The notes under the pieces were generated by a model, which saw only the letters and a list, made by a program, of their open reading frames with translations, searched no databases and had not been told where the DNA came from. Shown here piece by piece: positions 18,906 through 27,600 of a DNA stretch of 64,000 nt. A program made the position numbers and the translations under genes. This DNA is from an uncultured Planctomycetia bacterium (GTDB taxonomy: Bacteria > Omnitrophota > Gorgyraeia > 2-01-FULL-45-10 > JAHFGN01), in NCBI GenBank assembly GCA_964354545.1, contig CAYHAE010000001.1, positions 65,190-129,189 on the forward strand, given 5' to 3'. Numbering within the stretch: position 1 is the stretch's first letter; each line of letters begins with the position of its first letter.

Positions 18906-19014
18906 CGTCATTGCGAACGAAGTGAAGCAATCCCGTTTTTAGAGAGTGCGAAGCCTCCCCGTAAGGGGATTGCTTCGTCGGGAGATAGTTGCGCGCTATC
19001 CTCCTCGCAATGAC
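18906..19014. repeat. palindromic intergenic element (GTCATTGCGA...GAAGCAATCCC...GGGATTGCTTC...TCGCAATGAC), copy A
   Basis: Nested inverted repeats read directly. Related copies are at 24136-24235 and 56286-56345, with a degenerate copy at 21164-21195. Confidence 0.6.
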
Positions 19015-19080
19015 ACATACAGGTTAAATCGTGATTTCCCAAACGGTACAGTTTTAACTGTACAAGCAGGCTAACCTAAT

Positions 19081-21162
19081 ATGACCCCGATAGATTATTT
19101 TTATAAAGGGTTGCCATTAGCAGTAGGCACTTTCGCGTTGACACTAGGCGTTATTGCAATAAAGTATAGTGCAAAACGTTTATTGAGTCGTTTGTTAGCG
19201 CTTATTTGTCTTGGGGGAGTGTTATGGTTATATCCAGCCTTTATCATGTACATATTTCCAAAACAACCCTTGGTTGTGATATGGTCTTCGAAAGTCGTTT
19301 ATATTGGAGTAACGTTTATCGTAGTTTTCTATGCACATTTTACCTCTAAATTCTTGGGCTTAAAAAATAGGCTTTTTTTGATTATAGTCTATAGTCTCGG
19401 GATTATCTTTATTTTGATGTCAGTATTTACTAATAACATTATAGATGGATTCTACATATATTTTTGGGGAGCGTACCCCAAAGCCGGATCTCTATTTTCG
19501 TTCTATTGGTTTTATGCGCTTAGTTGTTTTGCCTATTGTTTGGTACGCCTTTATCAGGCTAGCTATGGTGTTCTTACTTCCACATATAGTAGTACTGAAC
19601 GGAATAGGATTAAGCATGTTTTTTGGGCGTATCTTCTGGGGAATTTCGGTGCATTTGATTTCATTCCAAGCTACGGTTTTGAATCTTATCCATTTGGTTG
19701 CTTCAATATCGCCATATTTATATCAGTTTTAGCATATGCGATTATCCGCCACCAGCTTCTTGACATCGAAGTCATCATCAAAAAGACCCTTGTCTTCGCA
19801 GGGCTCTTTGCCGCAGTGTACATAGTCTTCGCCTCGTTCGCGCTCATCGGGCAGGTCTTCTTTGAACGGTTCATTACTGCTAATAGGTGGATCTCGACGA
19901 TCCCGAGCGTCATCGTCGTCACCTTCATCTTCCGCCCCCTCGAGAAGCTCCTCATCACCGCGAGCGACAGGTTCCTCTTTCAGAAGAAGTACGACTACAA
20001 GGAGCTCCTCAGGACGTTCACGACAGAAGTCCTCACGGTGCTCGACACCGCGGAGCTCGCCTCGCTCACCGTAAAGAAGCTCTGCGACATCATAAAGCTC
20101 GCCTCGTGCGCGATGCTCCTCAAAGACGAGGCGCAGGGCGAATGTAAGGTCGTATCCTCGCAAGGACTTGCCACAGGGTCGATCGCGCTTGCGAAAGAGA
20201 GCGAGCTCTGCGAAGTATTAGAGAAGACTCATTCCTATGTCATGGCAGCGGGCGATACAGTAAGCCCTGCGCTGCAAGAGGAGATGCGCGTCTTGGGCGC
20301 AGAGCTCATCATACCGCTTATCCTCCACACTAAGCTCATCGGCGTCTTATCGCTTGGGAAAAAGAAATCAGACGAACCCTATACCCAGGACGACCTCGAC
20401 ATCCTTCTGCCTCTCTCGCGGCCCCTCGCCATTGCCATCTCGAACGCGAAACTCTTCGACGAGCTCTCGAAGACGCAGGCAGAGGCGGCGCAGAGGGAGA
20501 AGATGGCTGTCCTCGGCACCCTCGCCGCAGGCATGGCCCATGAGATAAGGAACCCCATCACCACAATCAAGATATTCTCAGAGTTCCTCAAAGAGAAGAA
20601 GGACGACCCCTCCTTCATCGAGAAGTTCGAGAGGCTTGTTCCTAAAGAGGTAGAGAAGATAAACCACATGATCACCCACCTCCTCGAGTTCTCAAGGCCC
20701 GCAGATTCCGCAGCAATGGAAGAAGTAGACCTCCATGAAGCCCTCAAGGACACGCTCGAGGTCCTCGGCCACGAGATGGTCTTACATGACATCGTCCTTA
20801 AAGAGGAGATAAGCGCTCTGCCTCCAGTATGGGGCAACCGGAAGCATCTCGAGGAGGTCCTCTTCAACCTCCTCCAGAACGCCATCCATGCCATAGGGAG
20901 GCGAGGTACCATCACCGTCACTGCGAAGGAGAGGGCAGGCTCAGTCGAGCTTGCCATCCGCGACACCGGCTGCGGCATCCCCCAAAACGTCCTCCCCCAC
21001 ATATTCGAGCCCTTCTTCACCACCAAGATAGACACAAAAGGAGTAGGCCTTGGGCTCTATGTAGTCAAACAGCTCATGGTGAGGATGGACGGCTCTGTAT
21101 CAGTCGAGAGTGAGGCAGGGAAGGGGACGACGTTCAGGCTGGTGTTTGTGACGGCCACATAA
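19081..21162 (+). CDS. sensor histidine kinase paralog 3 (7TM, GAF, HisKA, HATPase_c)
   Basis: Same architecture as HK2. The catalytic half is near-identical to HK2. Confidence 0.8.
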   Translation: MTPIDYFYKGLPLAVGTFALTLGVIAIKYSAKRLLSRLLALICLGGVLWLYPAFIMYIFPKQPLVVIWSSKVVYIGVTFIVVFYAHFTSKFLGLKNRLFLIIVYSLGIIFILMSVFTNNIIDGFYIYFWGAYPKAGSLFSFYWFYALSCFAYCLVRLYQASYGVLTSTYSSTERNRIKHVFWAYLLGNFGAFDFIPSYGFESYPFGCFNIAIFISVLAYAIIRHQLLDIEVIIKKTLVFAGLFAAVYIVFASFALIGQVFFERFITANRWISTIPSVIVVTFIFRPLEKLLITASDRFLFQKKYDYKELLRTFTTEVLTVLDTAELASLTVKKLCDIIKLASCAMLLKDEAQGECKVVSSQGLATGSIALAKESELCEVLEKTHSYVMAAGDTVSPALQEEMRVLGAELIIPLILHTKLIGVLSLGKKKSDEPYTQDDLDILLPLSRPLAIAISNAKLFDELSKTQAEAAQREKMAVLGTLAAGMAHEIRNPITTIKIFSEFLKEKKDDPSFIEKFERLVPKEVEKINHMITHLLEFSRPADSAAMEEVDLHEALKDTLEVLGHEMVLHDIVLKEEISALPPVWGNRKHLEEVLFNLLQNAIHAIGRRGTITVTAKERAGSVELAIRDTGCGIPQNVLPHIFEPFFTTKIDTKGVGLGLYVVKQLMVRMDGSVSVESEAGKGTTFRLVFVTAT
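20377..21162. repeat. second copy of the 0.8-kb duplicated HK catalytic segment
   Basis: See 18120-18905. Confidence 0.8.
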
Positions 21163-21305
21163 CCTCATTGACAGGAAGGCGTTCCCGCAATGACGGAGAT
21201 TTCATGTAAAGCAGCCATCTGCTCCAACGTAACGGGTATTTGACAAGCGCATGATCATCGTGTATACTTGTTTCAGTAAGTAATCATAAACATAGACTAG
21301 CTGAA

Positions 21306-21914
21306 ATGAACTTCAAAGAACTCTATAAAGTTGTAGAGAAGAATAGATATTATGTATTTTCGTTCGAAGACCTGCTCTCTTTTTTCCCACACGAGAGAAG
21401 GGCGACGCTCAAGGAGTCGGTCTATAGATGGAAGATGAAAGGATGGATCTACCCTCTCAAAAAAGGGCTTTACGAGCTAACCTATCCCAAAGATTTCGAT
21501 ATCCCCGATATGTATATTGCCAATAGGCTATATGGCCCTTCTTACATCTCATTGGAAACAGCGCTTTCGAATTGCAGCATTATTCCGGAAGTATCGATGG
21601 CGGTCACTTCCATAACCACAAAACCGACGCGGAAGTTCAAGAATAAGCACGGGCTTTTCATCTATCATACTGTGAAGCCCGCCTCATTTACAGGATACTA
21701 TGTCGAGAGACAGGGTGCTTTTGATATTCTCATTGCCGAACCGGAAAAAGCGCTCATAGATTTTCTATATTTTAATGCATACCGCGACAAAAAGTTTGAC
21801 CTCAAAGACGAACGGCTGGACAGAGGAGTCGTTTCGCGGCTTAATAAGAAGAAACTGCATCGCTACGCCGCCCTCTATAACATCGATCTAAAAGGACTCC
21901 ATGCTTACCTATGA
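21306..21914 (+). CDS. AbiEi-type antitoxin/transcriptional regulator (type IV TA / abortive infection)
   Basis: About 200 aa with an N-terminal winged-helix-like region. The gene overlaps the AbiEii-like gene by 14 nt. Confidence 0.55.
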   Translation: MNFKELYKVVEKNRYYVFSFEDLLSFFPHERRATLKESVYRWKMKGWIYPLKKGLYELTYPKDFDIPDMYIANRLYGPSYISLETALSNCSIIPEVSMAVTSITTKPTRKFKNKHGLFIYHTVKPASFTGYYVERQGAFDILIAEPEKALIDFLYFNAYRDKKFDLKDERLDRGVVSRLNKKKLHRYAALYNIDLKGLHAYL

Positions 21915-22704
21915 TGCGTTGAAAGCGTACGCTCGATCGAGAGGGATGCCACCGACGAAGATGAGAGGTGTTTTACGGGAGTACCTCCAGGTTCTTATAT
22001 TGAAGGAGATGTATAAAACCGGAGCCGGGAAAAAACTCTATTTCACAGGAGGAACCTACCTGCGGCTTGCCCATAACCTTAAGAGGTTTTCCGAAGACCT
22101 CGATTTTAATACAGCCGGCATAAGGAAGAATGAGTTCGAGGATCTGATCGGCAGAATAAAAGTAGAATTGAAAAGGATAAATATGGAATCCCGGATGCGA
22201 TTTGACCACTGGGACAACATATACGCAGCCCGTCTCATTTTTCCAACCATCGAGGGGGCCTACGGCATAGTGTCGGGCTATTCAAAAAAAGAAGGGATAA
22301 TAATAAAAATCGAGACAAATCGTCCGCGATGGAGAATAAAAAAGGAGACTCATGTCGTATCGGGGTTTGGCGAATTTTACCCATGCATATGCACGGATAA
22401 GGGCGCATTATTTGCGGATAAAATAGATGCGCTCGGCAAAAAGGCGCGCGGCAGGCATGTGTACGATGTAATGTTTATGCTCGCGAATCGCGTTCCCGTC
22501 GACAGGCGTGTTTTGTCATCCTTTGGTATAGATGACGACCCTTTGGATGCGATCGAGAGGAGGATCATGAGTTTCTCGAAGCAGGAGTTGAAAAAGCAGG
22601 CAGAGACCCTGAGGCCTTTTTTGTTCGAGGAAAGCGAGGCGGACTTCGTTGTCAACGCACACACTATTATTCCATCGCTCCTGGAAAAATACAGGAGAAG
22701 ATGA
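21901..22704 (+). CDS. AbiEii/AbiGii-family nucleotidyltransferase toxin
   Basis: Motif YFTGGTYLRL...RFSEDLDFN is characteristic of the DUF1814/AbiEii NTase. Confidence 0.65.
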   Translation: MLTYDALKAYARSRGMPPTKMRGVLREYLQVLILKEMYKTGAGKKLYFTGGTYLRLAHNLKRFSEDLDFNTAGIRKNEFEDLIGRIKVELKRINMESRMRFDHWDNIYAARLIFPTIEGAYGIVSGYSKKEGIIIKIETNRPRWRIKKETHVVSGFGEFYPCICTDKGALFADKIDALGKKARGRHVYDVMFMLANRVPVDRRVLSSFGIDDDPLDAIERRIMSFSKQELKKQAETLRPFLFEESEADFVVNAHTIIPSLLEKYRRR

Positions 22705-22778
22705 CCGCATCATTGAGCTTCCGGCAACTTCCATCGTTCCAGTCTCAATCTTAATCTCAATCTTTCAAGCGATGCACC

Positions 22779-23168
22779 CTAACTGTGAAACAATCGCAGA
22801 ATGCGTGGGCGCGTGAGGTAAAACACTAAGAGGATGTGATAGAGGATAGAGGAAGCATTTTTTATACCCGTCGGTATATAGGTGAACACCTCGCCTGAGA
22901 AATGGAGAAGATTCATGAATATCAGTATCTTTGTAAGGACTATGTACCCGGAGAAGAAGACGAGCAGAGCCCTCGCCCAGTCCCTGTAATTGAGGAGGCC
23001 GACGCCGAGGATGGCAGACGTGACCGCTGATGCGAGGACAAAGGTGAAGACATTGAACGGCTTCGTCGACAGAGAGAGGACCGAATGGATGATGAGGCTC
23101 GCGAGCGTCGCAAGGCCGATGAATATCTCTATAAGCGCTATCGCCTTCACTGCGAGGCGGTCGTTCAT
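22779..23168 (-). CDS. small polytopic membrane protein, unknown function
   Basis: Three to four predicted TM helices. It overlaps the upstream receiver gene by 4 nt, so the two are probably co-transcribed. Confidence 0.45.
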   Translation of the reverse strand: MNDRLAVKAIALIEIFIGLATLASLIIHSVLSLSTKPFNVFTFVLASAVTSAILGVGLLNYRDWARALLVFFSGYIVLTKILIFMNLLHFSGEVFTYIPTGIKNASSILYHILLVFYLTRPRILRLFHS

Positions 23169-23527
23169 CTCTCCTCCGTGAGTTTTTTGACCGCCTTTAC
23201 GATGTCGGCACGCTCGAAGGGTTTTACGATATAATCGGACGCGCCTGCGCTCACTGCCTCTTGTGCAGTCTCTACGCTTTTGTAGCCGCTCGTAACCAAG
23301 ATCTTAATATTCGGCCGTATCGTTTTCAGCTCCCGCATCGTCTCGATCCCATCCATCCGAGGCATCTTTATATCCATTATCACAATATCAACAGGCGCTT
23401 TCTTCATGATATCTATGGCTTCCTTGCCTCTTGTTGCAAATGAAAGCTCATACTCTTTTTCGAGGATCAATTTTAAAGATTCCCTGATGCCTTCTTCATC
23501 GTCGCAAATGAGGATTCGTTTCTTCAT
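23165..23527 (-). CDS. single-domain response regulator (CheY-like receiver)
   Basis: Motifs ICDDEE and VIMDIKMPRMDG. Confidence 0.8.
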   Translation of the reverse strand: MKKRILICDDEEGIRESLKLILEKEYELSFATRGKEAIDIMKKAPVDIVIMDIKMPRMDGIETMRELKTIRPNIKILVTSGYKSVETAQEAVSAGASDYIVKPFERADIVKAVKKLTEER

Positions 23528-23568
23528 GGAGCTCTCCTGGTTACAATTGCGATTAAGATTCCCACGCC

Positions 23569-24120
23569 CTACAGCATAGGCGGGCTTACGACGCAGATAA
23601 GACGCGCCTCAGACGTCCCTACATTTTTGAAATAGTGTGATACTGATGAGTCGAAGTAGAGCGTATCGCCTTTGTTTAAGGTATAATTCTTGGCACCAAT
23701 CACGACCTCGACTTTTCCGGTAACGACATACACGAACTTCTCCACACCCTTCTTGTTCTCTTCCGTATGGGTAACGCCCTTAGGTTCGAGTCTGACCATG
23801 ATCGGCATCATCTTTTTATCCAGGACCTTCGGCGTCAGCATCTCTGATATCGACTTGTTGTCGTGGACAAAAATGTCTGTCCTCTCGGATGCCGTCTGAA
23901 TAATGGGATTGCTTTGGGAAGGGGAGAGGTCCTGATAGAGCTCAGGGAGCGTAATACCAAGGGCAGCGCAGATCGCCGTGTGTGATTCCAGCGTACCCGT
24001 CATCTTATTGTTTTCTATACGGCTTAACGTCGCGAGCGCAACACCCGATTCCCTTGAGAGCTCAAGGAGGGTGAGCCCTTTTTGTTTGCGTAAGTTACGA
24101 ATTCGTTCTCCGATCTTCAT
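23569..24120 (-). CDS. XRE-family HTH transcriptional regulator with C-terminal cupin domain
   Basis: N-terminal IRNLRKQKGLTLLELSRESGVALATLSRIE HTH. The C-terminal half has a cupin-like beta-barrel pattern. Confidence 0.75.
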   Translation of the reverse strand: MKIGERIRNLRKQKGLTLLELSRESGVALATLSRIENNKMTGTLESHTAICAALGITLPELYQDLSPSQSNPIIQTASERTDIFVHDNKSISEMLTPKVLDKKMMPIMVRLEPKGVTHTEENKKGVEKFVYVVTGKVEVVIGAKNYTLNKGDTLYFDSSVSHYFKNVGTSEARLICVVSPPML

Positions 24121-24135
24121 TGTCTACCCCTTGCT

Positions 24136-24235
24136 GTCATTGCGAGCGCCCCTGAGCGAAGCGAAAGGGGAGCGAAGCAATCCCGCTTTTAGAGGTTGCT
24201 TCGTCAGTTACTTGAGCAGCCTCCTCGCAATGACA
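24136..24235. repeat. palindromic intergenic element, copy B
   Basis: GTCATTGCGAG...GCGAAGCAATCCCGC...CTCGCAATGAC read directly. Confidence 0.6.
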
Positions 24236-24410
24236 ATCAAAACAAGTATAACTCAAGTTTCGTAATTTGTCAATAAAATTTGATTTTTATGGAAAATGTT
24301 TAAGGTGCCATAAAAAGCCAGGTTTGTCCAAAACAGGGTGATACCCTCGGAAACTTTTGCTATTTGAGGTAGTTAGGAATATAAAACTTGATAAATCTTC
24401 AAATTTATCC

Positions 24411-24439
24411 TTGACAAAAAGTGAAATATATGTTATGCT
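24411..24439 (+). promoter_or_regulatory. sigma70-like promoter (TTGACA, 17 nt spacer, TATGCT) for the giant gene
   Basis: Consensus hexamers read directly. Confidence 0.45.
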
Positions 24440-24452
24440 TTAGTCGGTAGTT

Positions 24453-24677
24453 GAAAAGAGCAGGGCTGACCATCGCGATGTGTGAGAACAGTGGATGCGC
24501 ACGATTTAAAGCCCCAGGCAGCGAGTGGTCCTGCGAAAAATAAAAGAGATGGTCAGCTCATTTCGCGGGACTCTCCTCTCTGGGGTTCTTTTTTTGTTTC
24601 GCGCCGCTTGGCCAGGCCGTCTCGCAAGAGCCGCCTGGCCGTTTTATTTTTGTAGTGAGCTGATCAATGAGGCTGCC
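24453..24677 (+). promoter_or_regulatory. structured 5' leader with long-range inverted repeat and terminator-like hairpin plus T-run
   Basis: GCTGACCATC at 24465-74 pairs with GATGGTCAGC at 24548-57. Hairpin GGCCAGGC...GCCTGGCC at 24609-39 is followed by GTTTTATTTTT, immediately before the ATG at 24678. Confidence 0.4.
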
Positions 24678-27600
24678 ATGGACAGAATGAGGTTTTTCCC
24701 TTTGACCAAAATCATCTCGATAGCGCTCGTCTTTACCCTGCTTAATCAGCAGATACTTTTTGCCGCGGATTACTCCTACGGGATTCCGGTCGAAAACGAA
24801 AAGAACCGCTCAGGCTTTATGTCCGTGGATGAGCTGGATAAGGCCCAGCGTCGCCAAGAGGAGCTTATAGCGAGGCTCCAGGCATCTCTTGATAGTAAGC
24901 TCTCAGGAGGCGTGGGGGATGAAAGTGAGTGGACGCTCCAAAGGAAGAGCGGAACCTCATCCGAAGGGCAGGACTCTGCGGTCACGCCATCGGCACAAGA
25001 CCAGACAGTGCCTCTTGAGGTTTCTCAAGCGGAGATCACCGTGACGACCGCAGCAGGTGATCATATCGCATATTCCGGTGGTGCGATCGCGCGGATCGAG
25101 CAACCGAACGGCACTATCATCGAAGATGTCGTACTGACGCCTACAGGCGAACTTGAACGTGGGCTCATCCGATTCGTGGACGGCGGCGTGCTTACGATAG
25201 AGGGGGGACGGGCATGCTCGTATTTGGGTCCAGACGGTACCGCTACCCACTATCGTCAGGATGGGCTGGTCGATTCGGAAGTCACACCTGACGGCCTTGT
25301 ATCATATTACTCATACCTCTTTGATGACGCAGGGTCGATTGCGCGAACGACTATAACCAGGCCCGAGGAGATCATCGAGTACGACGAATCAGGTAGGCTC
25401 TCGAAGGTCACAAAGCTTGATGGCACGGAGATCGGGTATGAGAACGGCATAATCTCTCAGATGACGAAAGGAGACGGGTCGAAGTATGTCTTTGGCAGGA
25501 TATTGAACGGTCCTGATATAGAGGTAAAAATCGTTACCTATTTTAATAATTCAGGGTACCGGGTTGACTTCGACAGCGTATACAACGTGGTCTCGGTTAC
25601 ATCGCCCTCCGGTTCTTTCACGAAATACGGACATGATCGCACGCCGCTCTACACGCGAAAAGACAATGCGTTGATTGCATACGACAACACCGGCCAGATA
25701 GCATATGCGATCTGCGGCGTTACTGGCTTTGATGGCACATACCGGCAAGGCCAGGATGGATATATAGCGGTCCCGCTCGCGACCATTGACGAGCTTGCGC
25801 GCGCTATAGAAGATCTAGATAGTGCGGCACGGGCTCTCGCAGATGCCGAAGATGCATGCGCAAAACGGCAACTCGAGCTTACCGAAGCAATGCAGTTTTC
25901 AGCACAGACCTTCCAAGCATATCAGGAAGCGGACACTTCGGCCCAGCAGGCCGAGACTGCGCGGCGCGCAGCTGAAGCAGCTCTTATGAGTACACTCGTT
26001 GACGTAGAAACACAATTCGCGTACGGAGACGACGTTACGGAGATTGAGGACCAGAAGGTCGTGTTGAGAGAACAATTTGGGATCTTCAATACGACCCTTT
26101 GGTACAGGACAAGTTCGGCGTACGCACAATGTACTTCGGGCAGACTCTTCCTTTGCGGGACAGGCACCGACACGCGAGCCCATGTCCATTATCAAAAGAC
26201 ATTCGGCGAATACACATTTGCCCGGATGGGATTCGACTTCAAAGTCGATTCGCTCACCGGATCTTTTAAGGCAGGACTTCAATCCGCGTCTTCGAGTACC
26301 TCCTTCGGGAACTCGCTTCAGACAGCATGCATCGAGGTCCGCGAAGGCAAGATCTGTATTGACATTGTCCAGGGCCAGCTTGAGAACCAGCCGACGGCGG
26401 TACTGTTACCGAAGGTCAATACGGACTACTCATGCCTATTTGAGTTGAAGAACGGGTATTTAAATATCTATGTCTGGGAGAAGGAAGAAGTAAGGCCTGC
26501 GGAGGCGCTCTATTCATTTCGTACGCAAAACTGGCCCGGCCTGCGGCCCTTTTTTGAAGTCCGCTCGGGATGTGCATGGGTGGGCAATGTTATGTTGCAC
26601 GCGCCGCTTGATGATCGGATATATGATGTAAAATCGCAGCTCGCAGGACGAATGTCGTATCACGACGATTATGCCACAAGATATGAGTATAGACAGGCTG
26701 GCACATCAACGCTAACTGATCTCGATACATTCAATCGGTTGACCAGACTCTGGGAATCAGGCAGCAGTGTAACATCCGGTCGGGCAAATGTCAGTTTGAG
26801 CGGACTCCGAATGAGGTCGTATCTGCCGCGAACGATTGACCAGACCTATTCGTTCGATTTTGCTCTTGGTACAGTTTATTCAAATGCACGGGCAGGGCTC
26901 GAAGGGAAGGAGGCCACAGGAAACGGATATCTCAGGTTTGTCGTGCAATCAGGTAGATTGTCGGTTGTGACTGTGTGCAACGACCACGAAAAAACAGTGG
27001 CGGTTTCACCGGAGCAGTTTCTGCCTCTCCAGCAGTACACCGCTCAATTTGAGGTAAAGGCAGGCGCTATAGACGTCTACGTATGGAGAAAAGGGGATGA
27101 CCGGCCAGCTATTCCGCTATACAGCTTCACAGATCCTTCATGGAGCGCCCTGCGGTTCTACGCGAAAACAGACAGCGGTCGCTTTGTCATCGATGAATTC
27201 TCCCGTACACAAACATGCGGCGCAACCGGCCAGGAAGCGGATACTGTGGTTGCGCACCTGCGCGATATGTTCGACGCTGAGCGATCGGCGATCGTAAACC
27301 GCGAGGATGCTCGCGGTCGCTATGAGGCAGCTCTCACACAAGAGGGGCAGGCTAAAGATGCACTCACTATCGCGGAGAATGGGCACGCATCTGCGCTTAC
27401 GCAAGAAGAGCAGGCGCTGCATGCTCTGGAAGGTATTAACGGCGCCTTGAATGTGCCAAGGGTTATCCCCGATCAGCCTCTTTTCTACGAGACCTGCGAT
27501 CGCGTGATCCAAGACATGCCGGCAGTTGTGCTATATATAAATGAGAATTTCGCGTCCGAGGCCGGGATTTCCTACGTCACATATTGGCAGAATGGTCTCC

